NCBI GenBank assembly: GCA_965637545.1
Contig: OZ281494.1
Coordinates: forward strand, 17,856,001 to 17,920,000
Direction of reading: 5' to 3'
Length of the DNA stretch: 64,000 nucleotides
Source: Phallusia mammillata
Taxonomy: Eukaryota
How positions within the stretch are numbered: the first letter of the stretch is position 1; each line of letters begins with the position of its first letter. This document shows positions 1 through 13,118 of the stretch, in pieces. The position numbers and the translations under genes are program-made. Below the pieces are notes generated by a model, which was not told the origin of the DNA, searched no databases, and saw only the letters and a list, made by a program, of their open reading frames with translations.

Positions 1-234
1 ACTTTTTAATTCAATGATAACTGCAAAAACTGAAGCCCACTTACATTCATCTTAAAAAGTCACGACTAACCGTCAAAAATATTCATGTAACTGTACTCAC
101 TGTCGAACTTAAAAATACAGTACGCGGGTTTGGCTTTGGAGCACAGTGATTCGTCATGAAACCAAAGAACTCTATAATTCTTTGATGAAACTGGAGCTGC
201 AGTTCCACCATAGATAACATATTAATAGCATTTT

Positions 235-1303
235 GGTAAGCACTTTTTTCCAAGGAATGCAGCCTGACTACGGTAACTATAGCCAGGTGATTGTTTCCGT
301 CATGGTAGTTGGTTTCAATTTGGCGCGTGGTGATACCGGTTTTGTTGCTTCTTGTTATAATGTGACATGTAGTCTGCAGTCTGCACCAACTATTTTTGTT
401 AAAAAAACTTTACGGATAACATTTTGAATTGTAATTTATTTTGCGCAAAGTCGCGAACATCGTCTGCAACCTGTTTAATATCACACAATGTATTTTTGTT
501 TGTTTTTTTAGAAAGACTGTAGCCTATAAAGAACAGCTACACTGTACTATAGTTTACAAAAATTTTAAAATATTTTATAGTATACTAAAATAGTATAATA
601 CAGGTCATGTGCCCTTTAAGTCTACAGCATCAAGTCAGCCACTGGTGAAAGCATTTGGTTCTGATGGGCGAAACCTTTTTTCCTGACTGACATGCCATGA
701 CCATCACCATTGGGAACATATTGCTCAACTTTAACAATTTTGCCTGCCAATTACAAAAGCAACAAAATGGTGTTGAAATCAGGGACAAGAAATCAACCAA
801 TAAGTGTGAGGTAGGTATCAGATGGCAGAACACAAACATAGGTTCTGGGTGGAGTTTATACCAAAAATAAAAAGGCATTTGCACAGCTTTGTGGTCTTCA
901 TTTCTCAGAAAAAGTTTCCATTTAAAAAGGGAGAACAGTTCCGTTTTGTTAGTCATTTAAGTCGCAATATGGCTGGGTCTCCCAACTGTGTTAAAAATTC
1001 GATGTTGAATAAAATAGTTCGAGTATATATATTAAAAAAACAGGACAGTGAAGTTCACGAGTAGGAGCAAAACTTCATCAGAATCAACCCTAACATTGAA
1101 TCTTTTATATGGGAGTGTTAATACGCATTTAATGTTTAATAAGTACCTCAAACTCCTTTTGAGAGCGTACACAATATAACTTACCTACCTAAAACCAAGA
1201 ACACAAACTGGCGCCAGTTTGTTTACAACGGTATGTGACGTCATAATGCGTACATTTTTATTCATGGTAGTCAGGCTGCATTCCTTGGAAAAAAGTGCTT
1301 ACC
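235..1303. mobile_element. Non-autonomous Mutator-like (MULE) TIR element, about 1.07 kb
   Basis: Perfect 37-bp TIRs GGTAAGCACTTTTTTCCAAGGAATGCAGCCTGACTAC (235-271 and 1267-1303), flanked by the 9-bp direct repeat TAGCATTTT (226-234, 1304-1312). No transposase ORF. Confidence 0.85.
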
Positions 1304-1508
1304 TAGCATTTTTTTGTGAAAAAAATGCCGATCAAGGCGGAAATTATATTTATAAAAATTATACTTAAGAATAAAAAAAAATAAGTATAATGAAAGTTAT
1401 CTGTATTATTGTGGTAGGACCATTAAGTAAAAATATCTAGGGGGTGCTGCAGCTCCGCAGCACCCTAGCACGAGCCGCCCCTGATGCTGTGTTAATGTAT
1501 TGGGTTAA

Positions 1509-1864
1509 ATCACAGTACGCCAGGCCCATTGAAGGCGCTATACCGAATCAGCCGGTCACCAAGCATTCACCACCATATGGCAAGGCGTAGGCTAGAAAAA
1601 TCTAGCCTGCGGTGGGATTCGAACCCACGACAGGAGTCTTTCCGGGACTCGCGCTCTACCAACTGAGCTACACAGGCCCAGTGGAGAATCCGCCGAAAGT
1701 CGAATCACAAGCACCGTTGCCTGCCTCGTATGCTGCACATGTCAGCTTCGTAGTAGGGGATCTCCAGATTGACCTGTGATTTATATATGAGTGTGCCGTG
1801 ATCGCTGGTCTGCATAGACGCTTCAGGGCTGATCCCAGTTATGAATTTATGTTCATCTTAACTA
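1509..1864. mobile_element. 356-bp insertion carrying an internal tRNA-like gene
   Basis: Flanked by the 11-bp direct repeat TATTGGGTTAA (1498-1508, 1865-1875); more GC-rich than its flanks; no TIRs. Confidence 0.65.
1604..1677 (-). tRNA. tRNA-like cloverleaf (anticodon GGA), probably element-derived or pseudo-tRNA
   Basis: Minus strand reads GCCTGTG TA GCTC AGTTGGTA GAGC GC GAGTC CCGGAAA GACTC CTGTC GTGGG TTCGAAT CCCAC CGCAGGC T. All four stems pair, A and B boxes are intact and TTTTT follows. Atypical features: C33, an extra base before the anticodon stem, and a short variable arm despite a Ser anticodon. Confidence 0.6.
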
Positions 1865-2860
1865 TATTGGGTTAATTGAGAACTTTTGAATGCGGCCCTT
1901 GTACTGAAAAGTTTGCCCACTCCTGGGCTAGCCTATATGGCATATCGCATATTGTCGGCGACACTGGAATTCTTCAATAAATGAAAAAGTTGCAATTAAA
2001 TTTGGTACAAAAGTATTAATCTGACTATGCCTAAAGTCCTAATACTAATTGTCAGGCTAAATGTGGCGGAATGTAATCGTTTTTTTTATAAGATAGGTAT
2101 GGCTAGATGAATTATCGCGCAATGGTATTGCCGGAGGTCCATTGCATTACGTCATCACCAAAGATTATCTAATATCAACACTAATCGTAGTTTAATATTT
2201 AAAAATATAAAATAAAACAAAAAAGCAGAGGTTAGTAGATATAAAATGTATTGGGGCTTGTCGGAAAGCATGTCCAGGGGACGGAAATAATATACCTGCA
2301 TATAAAAAATAAATATAAGTTAGTAGGTCAATGTCGGTTTGTAAATTCATAGCAAAAGTTGTTGTAAGAATTATATTAATAATACATAACGTCATGACCT
2401 TTAAGCAATCACACGGCATAACATTAAAATCAAGTTCTCCCATTTATATGGTATGTTACAAAATATTGTCTCATGAACTACCCAGAACAAAAATGTATGT
2501 CACGTGAGAAATTTAGTGGCTGCTATGTTGTTGGCAACTTAGGAAGTAGAAGACATTTATTACCAACATCACTTATACAACGAGGCGGACATAAAGCGTG
2601 CCTACCATCACTACACATACGTGCTTCGTCTGGGGTTAAAAAGTCTCAAGTTGTTTTGTTGTGGTATACAAATTAATCGTTTTCGACAAAAGGACGAACG
2701 AGCAACTCCTAAATTTCAAATTAACCAAATGTTGATTACCGTACCGCTCGATACGCGATTTGCAGCTTTTTGGTTGGCCGAAACTGGTGTTATACAGACG
2801 TGCCGATAAAGGTTTGGACTACATCAGTCTATTCGACCATAAATTTTGTATTGGCTATCA

Positions 2861-3151
2861 CAGTGGTTCTCAACTCGATTTGGGCCATAGACCACCGGCC
2901 CAGTAAACATAATATTGTGGACCATATATTTTCGGGGTAAGATTAAAGTAGGCATACAAAACAACCATTTCGGCATGAAACATCATTCTTTAAAACTGAT
3001 TTTTAGGAAGTCAGATACAATTATTAACACCTAACATTTTAATGCTCTTTCAACATGAAATATGCAATCACCTCTAGTTTATCACTTAATTTAGTGGACG
3101 TCCTGTGGACCAAACAAAAAGTTATCATGGACCACCAGTTGAGAACCACTG
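2861..3151. mobile_element. hAT (Charlie-like) MITE
   Basis: TIRs CAGTGGTTCTCAAC / GTTGAGAACCACTG; 8-bp flanks are degenerate (GGCTATCA vs GGGTAATA). Confidence 0.75.
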
Positions 3152-3663
3152 GGGTAATATTGATCAAGTTTGGGCAATGGTTTATCATCAAATCGTCAGT
3201 TTTGGCCAATTGTTTAAAAGTGATCTGGTTGAAACGAAAACATCACCTTACTGCTATACACTTTTTCAGTAAACTTATAAACTTTAGTGCAGCGCTGCAA
3301 TAGAACTTTATCAAATACAAAAATAATATAAGGTTGTCGAGCATTTATCTACAACGTGATCGATTTTTATTTTTTTAGGTGCAGTTACAGTGAAAGATTT
3401 CTATTCTCAGTGAAATCAGGCGTTGGGCAATTAGACTGTTTTAGTTAGGTTTATACCACTGCAACAAAATTATAGTCCATCCATTCGGTATTTTTAAGAG
3501 GTACTTTTTTATTGAACATACATTGTATTGACAACAGAAAATATTAATCACTAAAAGCAAAAGTGCTTCAGGCAACCAACACGCGAAGTTTGGTCGATGT
3601 TCTGTTGGTATTTGATGGAATTGAATGGCGCGTTGTTGTTTATTACATGGGCTTTGTAACAAA

Positions 3664-3760
3664 CTAAACTTTTCTAAGTTAAAAAATCCTAAAGCATATT
3701 TGTTTTAGCCTTTTTTCTAAACTTTTCTAAATTAAAAAATCCTAAAGCATATTTGTTTAG
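3664..3760 (+). repeat. Tandem duplication, about 53-bp period
   Basis: CTAAACTTTTCTAA(G/A)TTAAAAAATCCTAAAGCATATTTGTTT occurs at 3664 and 3717. Confidence 0.85.
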
Positions 3761-4157
3761 TTTTTAGCTTAAGAAACCAGAATCTTGACGTACACCATGC
3801 CTTAAAAGTATCGTTGAGGTTAATGGCTGTACTTCTAATGTCTTGAACACTGTATTATAAGTCCGTTTGCAAAAGTGCGTGAACTTTAGTGAAATGGAAG
3901 TTAGACTAGTTGATTTGACCGAATGATGCTTATCATGCTCCACATGTCCGAATGAAGGAAGGTTTGCAAATGATTGATAGGGTGTTCCGCAGTATGAAAT
4001 CGCCGCTGGTATAGGTTTGCATATTATGCAGGCTAACTTCAGTTTTCCGCTACTTTGTGTACTTTTTCCTCTTGTTTAGCGCGAAAATAAGTTGGTGTGA
4101 CGGCAGGCTTTGTAGTTTCTTTGTTTGTTTGCTAAACCGGCTTATTTTGGCTGTGCG

Positions 4158-7100
4158 ATGTTTAGGTGGTGGGACGTTCGTTTTCCTCTCTTATTTTTAT
4201 TTTTGGTCAACAGTTTGGCGGTGGCACAAAGTAAGTGTATTTAAACATAGAGCCTAACTTTGTTCATTAACTGAAGGAAAATTTGGGTGATTTCAGTTTC
4301 CGTAAACTTTTTTTGCATCTTTAAACTGTTAAATATCAGTTTCGTGCTACGAGTTTTATGCTTACCGGTAACTGTGAAAGCAGATAGGTAAAAACTACCA
4401 CATTATAAGAGTGTCAAACCGGCATTATTGCTTTCTAACATAATGTATATGCAACCATATTCGTCCTCTTTTTTAAAAGCATAATGGTCATAGTGGTCGA
4501 CGTAATAAAAGGGATCAAATTATTATTAAATAGCTATGACCAGTGCCGGATTAACCATTAGGCAAAGTAGGCACGTGCCTACAGGCCAGTCAAAAATCCA
4601 GGCCACTTTAAAATTGGTAGAAAGATTTGGCAACACGATAATTCTAATTTTTTAGTTGGCAATCCTGATTTTCGGGCCACTTATAAAATGTGCCTACAGG
4701 CCAGCAGACCCTTAATCCGGCACTGGCTATGACCCTGTAACGCCACAGACTTGTGTGCGGTGCGACATTTCATAATCTCTTTGTTTATTAAATAAATAAC
4801 ATTAAAAAGATATTACCCAAACCAGACGTACTATCCTATATTGTTGTATTACATGAAATTTGTCGAACTGCTTTTTACTGATATATTCCACTTATACACA
4901 ATTAAAAATATTGACGGCAGTATATCTTTACGACGCAAGTTAATGAAATTTGTTCAAGGTTTTCAGTAACTAAAAGGCGACGCATATAAGTCATTTTAAG
5001 ATTTATTTGATACGCGAAGTTTTTTTGTTATGTTTTTAGAGTTTTTTTGCACTAACGGCTCTTCTCTTGAGGCCGCAAAGTTTTGTGACGGTGTGCAAGA
5101 TTGTGACGGAAGTGACGAAAAAAACGTTTCCTGTTTGCAATGTTCAACAATGGAAATCAGGTCAGAGTTTGTGTTTTATGCGCATATTTGTATGTTTACA
5201 CACACAAAAACAAAATTGTGGTGATTGAAATGCAGTTTAACACATGGGAGTACTGTTTTGAACCTAACATATACCTTTGTACGTTAAAAAAATTCTAAAA
5301 CACGCCTTCTCGTCAAAACAAAACAAAATTGGCAATAAAGCTATAACACCCTTAATATGGCGCGGTTGAAAATTTACTTGCGTCAGAAAAAAAATTCGAT
5401 TGTAAGCCGCAAGTTGAGGTGCTAAAAAAATAATGTAAGCCGCCCTCGATTGTAAGCCGCACGCTGGAATTTTTGATGCTATTGTTTCCTAATATACTTC
5501 TTTCTGCTGTTACACAGCATAACTATTTGCCTATATACGTTAGTTACGTTGATAACTGTACCCAACAGAACGTATATCGACGTATAATCTGTACATACAT
5601 ACATGTTTTGAACCCCAAATAATTTAAAACGTTGGAGTGTAGAAATAATATCGGAATAAAATTAAAATGTAAGCCGCCCTCGATTATAAGCTGCACAAAC
5701 GGCAGCTAAAAAACAATATAAGCCGCGGCTTACAATCGAGTAAATACGGTATCAAGCGTTGACTGTAGGTCAATATTTGTGCTGTTCGTTTTCCTAAAGG
5801 GTTAAAATAGAGCGACCTTATTAAAGGATATGAAGGCGATTTATTATGTATGAGACTGTAACCCGGTGACATTCAGTTAAACCCCGATTGCGAGCTTTTA
5901 TGTAGTACATGTTTGCGTGCTGCTGGTAATGGATGTCTTTTTTTTAAACAGCATCAGCAACACAGCAGTCACAGGATTTAAATTTTACGTGCCATGCTGA
6001 CCTTTCGTGAAGCATCAACTCACATAGGCGCCGAGTTTTAGAAAAATGCAAGCTGGCGAACTTAAAGTATGACGTCATTTCACGTGACGTCACTAATACG
6101 TGCGACCACATCAGCTTAAACTCGTAGCCCAACAAACTTCCCATAGTTTGTCAAAATCATAAAATATGAGGGGGGGGCACGGGTTTAGATTCATCAAAAA
6201 CACCCACTAAAAGCCATTTTCTTTTTAACTTTATTTCCCAATTTAATCGGCTGTTTTACATACTATTTGTCTACACTGAAGTTTTACGATTACGGACTCA
6301 ATTTACATTTTTTAAGGGGGGTACAGGTCCTACAGGGTTACATGAAAGGGCTCACGAGGCCCAAAAGTTACTTTTATGGGTGGCACGGTCCATGAAAGGT
6401 TGAGAACCACTGTTTTAAACCTTGTTGTCTAAAAAAAATTCTGGAATTTAGTTGCACGCCGACGTCATCACGATATACCTGTTCACTGCAACGAGACTAC
6501 ATTTGCAACGGTACGATCACGTGCCAAGGTTTGACTCCATGTGACGTAGGATGTCCAACACATTACAAATGTCTGAGTGGTAACAAATGTGTTCTACGTT
6601 CAACTGTATGCGACGGGGCAGCTTGCAATGGTTGTCCTGAAGATGATGATGGTTGGAAAAATGGTGCCGGGTTCAAATGCTTTCGCAATGGTGAAATTTG
6701 CCGTTTGCCACAGCAGTTATTGTGGGATAGTGTCCAGGACTGTGACGACGGCTCAGACTTGTGCTACACATCGGACAGCAGTATTGTTGATGGAAGGTTT
6801 GTACTTGCGGGCCCATAAACCTAACGAAGCTGTTTACGCCAATAAAAAGTTTCCCAGCATCCGCCTAACTTTATTGAGCCGCATGCAATGTTTAAATACT
6901 CGATGTTAAGCAAGAGACGTGGCGACTTCATCAACAGTTTAACTGCAACTGTTCTTTAAACTAATCTCTTTTTTACTGTAACTTACTTACAGAGACATAA
7001 GAAATCGTTCTGGAGTAGTTTTCAATGCACAAAAATGCACCACTTGCCTTAACAACACTATGTTGGTTCCACGTCAGCGAGTGTGTGACGGAATAATTGA

Positions 7101-10100
7101 CTGCTCGGATTTATCTGATGAGTGCTTGTGCGAAAAGCAAGTTGCCGATATCTGTAAACACGTCCAATTGCGAACTGACAAGTAATATCTATGATACCTG
7201 TAATATTAGTGGAATTATAGTTGCTTTGTTGTAGATTCTAAGAAATTGTTTGTAAGAGTTATTCACATTGTTTCGCTTCACGTAGTAATTCTTTTCTTAT
7301 TATTGAAATCTCCTTTCAAGTAAAACGACCGCGACGATTCAGGGTCATTAAAATCAGATGAAGAAAATTCAGTGTGAAAAACCACTAAATCTGTCGCTAT
7401 GTTTTATTTGTTTTATCAAAACAAATGCATTTCGCTATAAAAAGCATCATCAGTGTCTAAAAACAAAATAAAAAGCGGGATAAGAGCAAAAAATGCAAAA
7501 AACACACACCACCAGACCAACCGCAAAAAGCCTTTCCTCTGTTTCGCTTCACGTTTTTGCCTAAAGCGTTTTGAGCATGATATTTCAAGAAAAAATTGAA
7601 CTACTTTTTAGAACGGAGATATGTCCTGCAGGAACGGTTCGTTGTGAAATTTCGGACTTCAATCTGACATTATGCACACAAAGAACAAGTGTTTGCAATG
7701 GTGTTGCCGAATGCTCCTGGAACAATTTGGATGAAAAGTATGAGGTGCATGATGACACTCATTGCAATAAGTTAACAAATCCAATTACTCACCCGCAGAT
7801 ATAGCTACTGTGGTGGAACTTTACCCTGTAGTGCAGGACTGTTGGATGATGTTGGAACCGAATGCAGGTTGTTGTATGGACGTTATCACTTTCCAAACTT
7901 ATAAAGCTAAGCACATAAAATACATTTTATTTATGTCTTAGTATTTGCTCCACATACAAAATATACTCAAAAAGAGCGGCAGACGATCAGCGTCAGTGTA
8001 AAGTTTTATTTGAAAAAGAAATATTAATTTCGCTTATTAAGGCATCATCAGTTTCTGTCTAAAGAAAAGAAATGTATTTTTGACAAGTAAAGACAGATCT
8101 GTCGGTCACCACCCTGTTACAGAGGCTGATTCTTGTAGTCTGTTATGACATTACACTTATTTGCTCCACATGTTTCAGATGTACTGCTACCAAATGCAGC
8201 ATACACAATCCAAACAAAGGAGTACGAAGTGGAGTGCTATGCGACAGCGTGGAGGATTGCAAAGTGGTCGAACCGGGATTGCTTCTAATCGGCCAATGGA
8301 GCTATCCACCAGGTTTTCCAGAAGATGAGTGTGAAGCAAAATGTCCGAACGTCACTGGAAAATTTAACTGCACCCAGCGTGCTGCACACGGAGTTTCAAT
8401 ACCACAATATACCTTTTTGTGTAAAGTTAAAGTAAATACGTGTTATTGCAACCTTTAACTAACAACAAAATATTTGTAATTGTACTAAATTGTGGAGTAG
8501 GCCTAAACTCAATAACCTTCTTAAGACAAAGCTATTGAATTCTATAGAGTTTTTCATTTAATTTTTACAAATTTTATGAAAAGTTTCTTTATAAAATCGT
8601 TTGTGAACAAACGGCCACAATCAGAATATAGCCCTTGTATTTAATCTGCTAAATTCTGGGCAAAAAGAAATCCATACACGTCTTTCAGTTTCCGGGATCA
8701 TCTTTCGTGGGAGAATTAATTGCGGACAATACTATGAAATGCGATGGAATCCTTACTTGTACGTTTGACAACAGTGACGAAAAGGATTGTCCTAATAGGT
8801 AAGTAACAAGCATTTTTTGTATGTTTTGTTAATTTCTAGAAACAAGTCAGTGAAGCTTAATTTCACAAACGACTAGTTTAAAACATGCTTGAAATGGTTA
8901 AAACGTAGTTTTGTAATCTTTTGACCACAAAGGTTTGTGTGCCAAAGTGGCAACTTGGTGAATATTCCGAAGACAAAAGTGTGCGATGGTTACAAAGATT
9001 GCGATAATGGATCGGATGAGAGCAAAACACAATGTCAAAATGCAGACAGATTTTACTGCGCGTCATTGAATGGACGCAAGGTAAAAAAACACATGCAAGT
9101 TGTAAAACAATACAGCAACGTTTGAAAACTATCTTCAGGTTTCTGTATCGAAACAAGTGGTTTGCGATTTTAACATTAACTGCGACAAAGGCGAAGATGA
9201 AATGAACTGTTCTAGTGTGGATGGACGATTTTACTGTGAAAACGGAAAACCGTTTTTTGTTCATAAAAGCCGGGTAACTTAATTCATTTTCATTCATTTT
9301 TTCACAAAATTTACGTTTGCTCCTGTAATTGAATTTTCACACAAGATACTTGACGGTCGCGGGGATTGCAGCGATTGGAGCGACGAATGTTCTGACAAGT
9401 TTAAAACCTCTGCAACAATTTTATCTTCGCGATATGAATTGATAGCCGATCCCTTTCTTCGTGCTATTGTATGGATCATGGCTTTATTGGCTTTCTTTGG
9501 AAATTCAGTAAGTTCACCATGCAACATGCAACAGTTCTCCATGCAACATGGTGACGATATGTTTAAATTAAGATTGTCATTGTTGGAGAATCGAAAGCTC
9601 TCAAAAAAATCTTTTCCAAATCCCAAGGAGCGCCGCTGAGGACAAATCACATGCTGGTGTTAAATCTAGCGGTTGCTGATTTTCTTATGTCCATTTACCT
9701 GTTTATGTTGGGAATAGCGGGAGCAGTTTATAGTGGAAGTTATTGCTCACAATCTCTATCATGGCTCACCAGTCAATCTTGTGTTGCCATGGGAGTGCTG
9801 GTTGTGCTCTCAAGCGAAACGTCAGTGTTGACGATGTTGCTTTTAACAGGAAGCCGTCTATTTGCAGTTTATAATGTAAGTGGTGTATTAACACTCACAC
9901 CCTTGTAATAAATGGTTTACTTTTTTCAGCCGATTGCATCCTTAACCAAACCAAGTTTTCGCGTTGTTCTTCTGATGATTGCTGTCACATGGGCAATTTC
10001 CATTACATTAGCACTTGTTCCGCTATCGACTTATTATCAAAGCAGTTTTGTGGAACGGGCAATGATTGAAAGCAGTCCATACTTTAGCAATGTTGTCGTT

Positions 10101-10930
10101 AACTTTACTTCTGCTAAGAACTTTACCCTAAAACTCTTGACCTATTCGAAGCAGCTGGCCGTCCAACCAGACACATTGATACAACAAGTACAATCAATGT
10201 CATCATGGAATCAGTTAAACGACTTTTTTGCGTCACATTCTGATGGTTCCAAGCTTTTGAAAATTTCAAGCCAGTTTGGGTAAGTTGCTGTAATTAAGTC
10301 GTGGATTGTCACCTAATTTCCATTTCTGTAGCCTAGACCTGCTTGGATGTAAACACCATCATGTGTTGCAATCTTTAGATACTACAGTGTGAACAGTGTG
10401 TGTATACCAAACCTGTTTGTAACTGAAAAAGATGGGTCGTGGAGATTTTCCCTTACAATTTCCATCATTAACTTTCTTGTCTTCGTATTCGTGGCTTCTA
10501 CATACATTGCAATAATAATGAAAGCTCGAAGATCTGTCAACAAGTCCCACGGCGTTGGAAAGAAATCATTAGGTATTAAATTCGAAACTAACCGACTGAA
10601 CGTATTTAACGATATCATATTTTTGTAGCTCTTGAACGCAAGATTATTCGCTTGATCATCACTGATTTTTGCTGCTGGATTCCACTTTCAATCATGGTTT
10701 TCGTCAACTTTAGCGGAGTAAAGATCAACAGCATATCATACGCTGTAGCTGCGATTGTTCTTCTTCCTATTAACAGCGCCCTAAATCCCATTCTTTATTC
10801 CGATTTCATTGACAAAATCTACGAAAAACTTCGATCACGAAGAGGTGTCGAAAGTCATTCAAGTGGGCCGGTGGCTTCAACGTCCGTCTCTACAAATAAC
10901 CAGAATGTTCGTCTGAGGTCCATGCAGTAA
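4158..10930 (+). CDS. LDLa-repeat rhodopsin-class GPCR (GRL101/RXFP-related 7TM, no LRRs), about 945 aa, 15 exons
   Basis: Exons 4158-4230, 5040-5160, 6452-6796, 6993-7181, 7612-7737, 7799-7867, 8179-8392, 8689-8798, 8933-9080, 9139-9273, 9346-9507, 9573-9875, 9930-10279, 10379-10572, 10629-10930 join in frame. Signal peptide MFRWWDVRFPLLFLFLVNSLAVAQ; repeated LDLa motifs (e.g. CDGVQDCDGSDE, CDGIIDCSDLSDE, CDGYKDCDNGSDE); TM motifs LNLAVADFLMSIYL, IITDFCCWIP, LLPINSALNPILY. Confidence 0.9.
4541..4725. mobile_element. hAT MITE in GPCR intron 1
   Basis: 14-bp TIRs CAGTGCCGGATTAA / TTAATCCGGCACTG with a perfect 8-bp TSD GCTATGAC. Confidence 0.9.
5396..5751. mobile_element. Tc1/mariner-pogo-like MITE relic (right end only)
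   Basis: Several TGTAAGCCGC sub-repeats and terminus GCGGCTTACAATCGAGTAAATACGG-TA; no intact left TIR found. Confidence 0.55.
7956..8157. repeat. About 200-bp insertion between 14-bp direct repeats; related sequence near 7400-7480
   Basis: TATTTGCTCCACAT at 7942-7955 and 8158-8171; shares a GTTTTATTTG...ATTTCGCT...GCATCATCAGT..TGTCTAAA core with a nearby upstream intron of the same gene. Confidence 0.5.
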
Positions 10931-11347
10931 AACTTACGAAAATAACCCAATAAACTGCCCACGCTTATTTCGAAAGACAAAAGTTGTTCCGCATTTGGGA
11001 CTTGACCAGACGCGTTTTTTCGGAAATAATTTTTAGTTCTAAAAACGCGTATCGAACTTTAACATTTTGAAACAAAGTCGATGTCCCTGTTATATTTTAG
11101 CACAATTGTAGTTGCAATCTTATCGTTTTACCCAACGCCCTGTAAACTGTATTAAATCTGAGACATCATTTTAAATCCTTTTATACGCTTTTTGATGTAT
11201 AAACGTGTTGTCTAACTCGACTTGCAACATTTTAAAATAGTTTGTTGGAAATTCTAATTAAGCGAAAGTACGTCACTTTGGTTGTGTATATACTAACAAT
11301 ACTTTCTATTCTACATTTATTCGTATTTAAATGCAGCACTCATTTGG

Positions 11348-11565
11348 TTGATCATCACAACTTTAGACGATTTAAGATCGATAGCATATCATAAGCTGTA
11401 GCTGTGATTGTTCTTCTTTTCTATTAGCAGCGCCCTCAATCCAATTTTATTCCAATTGAATTGATAAATTGTATGAGAAAATTCGTCGTCGGAGAACATT
11501 CGAAAGTCAATCGTCGGACCATAAGTTTCCGACCCGACAAACAAACTCAACATTTGTCTGACATT
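11348..11565 (+). pseudogene. Decayed duplicate of the GPCR terminal exon (TM6-TM7-tail)
   Basis: Aligns to about 10652-10920 (e.g. AGCATATCATAAGCTGTAGCTGTGATTGTTCTTCTT vs AGCATATCATACGCTGTAGCTGCGATTGTTCTTCTT) with an internal deletion, a TAC>TAA stop and frameshifts. Confidence 0.85.
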
Positions 11566-12051
11566 TAAGTATATGTGTAGCATCACAGTGAATGTGGGAA
11601 TTTGTAAAGTAGCCTATATGTATTACTTCGAAGCAGGCAAAGTGTGTAGCCTACAAAGCTGAACAATAAACGGAGAATTAAAGTGATTATTTGTGTACAT
11701 AGTATTTCCGTGGTTTTTTTGTTTCGATGTTTTTGCCACGCCCCATAAGATCAAGACTCTTAATGAAACAAGTCAAATGACACAAAATAATACATAAAAT
11801 TTTATTGTTGATGGTTCCAGTTTTGTGTTTTGTAATACTCATTCTGAGTTTGTCGTGAGACAACTTCTTGTGGCTAAATGTTATTTTAAGTGTAGGCTAA
11901 AAACTTTGGCATTGACGAAATCCTAAAGTAAAAAAGGTAGCAAAGCCAAGGTAGCATTACAATACGCTGACCGTATCCTGTTGTGCAGAGCGTACAGCCT
12001 GTCGTATCACCGTGCGGTACTAAATATGAAAAAATTCAACATACGCTAGAC

Positions 12052-12601
12052 CAGCGCTTCCCAACCGGTGGGCCGCGAAGCTTTTCAAACTACTACAACC
12101 ATACTAATATAGAAGTTCAAAAAAATTACACAGTTTGTGAGAACGTGCTTTCAAATTTAACCATTTTTCTCAAAAATATAATATTACTTACTATAAAAGC
12201 CGCATAAGATATCACGTTAAACAAAGCTTTATTACACAAACAAACTACAATTGTCGCGTCACAACAGTAATTGTACTCTTGTAAAATCTTGATGCTAGAA
12301 CTCTTTGTAAGCTTTATTTGGTCTTTGCGTAGCTGCAAAATGGATAGTTTTTTTTACAAAAAGAAAAAGCAAGCAAAGTAAAGAAAATCAAAAAAATCCC
12401 AGAAAGTTGTAGTGATGTCGTCATCAAATCAGCAAGCTCAGACTTCACATTAACAGAAGCATCGCTTGTGCGGTTATTATTTCTCTGTCTCAATTTTAGT
12501 TCTTTTTCCATTGTGGTTTTGTCGCAATATTGTACGGTGGTCCGCCTCCCCTCAAAAATTTTTTAAGTGGGCCGCGAGCTGGAAAAGGTTGGGAAGCACT
12601 G
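12052..12601. mobile_element. hAT (Charlie-like) MITE
   Basis: TIRs CAGCGCTTCCCAACC / GGTTGGGAAGCACTG with a perfect 8-bp TSD CGCTAGAC. Confidence 0.9.
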
Positions 12602-12637
12602 CGCTAGACCACCGTTTAGTTTTTGCGTACCGTAGGC

Positions 12638-13118
12638 CAGTGGTTCCCAACCTTTTTATGACGCGACCCAAATACTTACCAAAATTTTGTTTTCTAGTTT
12701 CTCGCGACCCATGGACATACATTCTTACTATTTTGGTTGTATGTCTGTATATCGGGAAAGTTTGTTTAAAAAAAATTACTGCGCCAGTTTCGAATATCAA
12801 ATTATTATCAAACAAAAATTATTCGTTTAGCGACCAGACATTTCTATTTAGCCCGGACTTCAGAGCATTATCAACCAGACAACGCTCAACAGTGAGCTAA
12901 CACACACCTTATGACGTCACAAACAGAATTACCCAATATCAAGCCAGGTTATCATCAAATTAAATATTTGGGCAACAATTTAAGTCTTGGAAATAAACAA
13001 AAAAACACTACGAAACGAAGTAAAAACTAGATGTTCTTATTGTCACAAAAATAGGCGACCCAACAAAAATTTCAGGCGACCCAACTTTGGGTCGCGACCC
13101 ATAGGTTGGGAAACACTG
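12638..13118. mobile_element. hAT (Charlie-like) MITE
   Basis: TIRs CAGTGGTTCCCAACCT / AGGTTGGGAAACACTG with a perfect 8-bp TSD CCGTAGGC. Confidence 0.9.

Noticed and set aside
8878-9650. Minus-strand ORFs of 139 and 118 aa
   Set aside because: Antisense shadows of GPCR exons.
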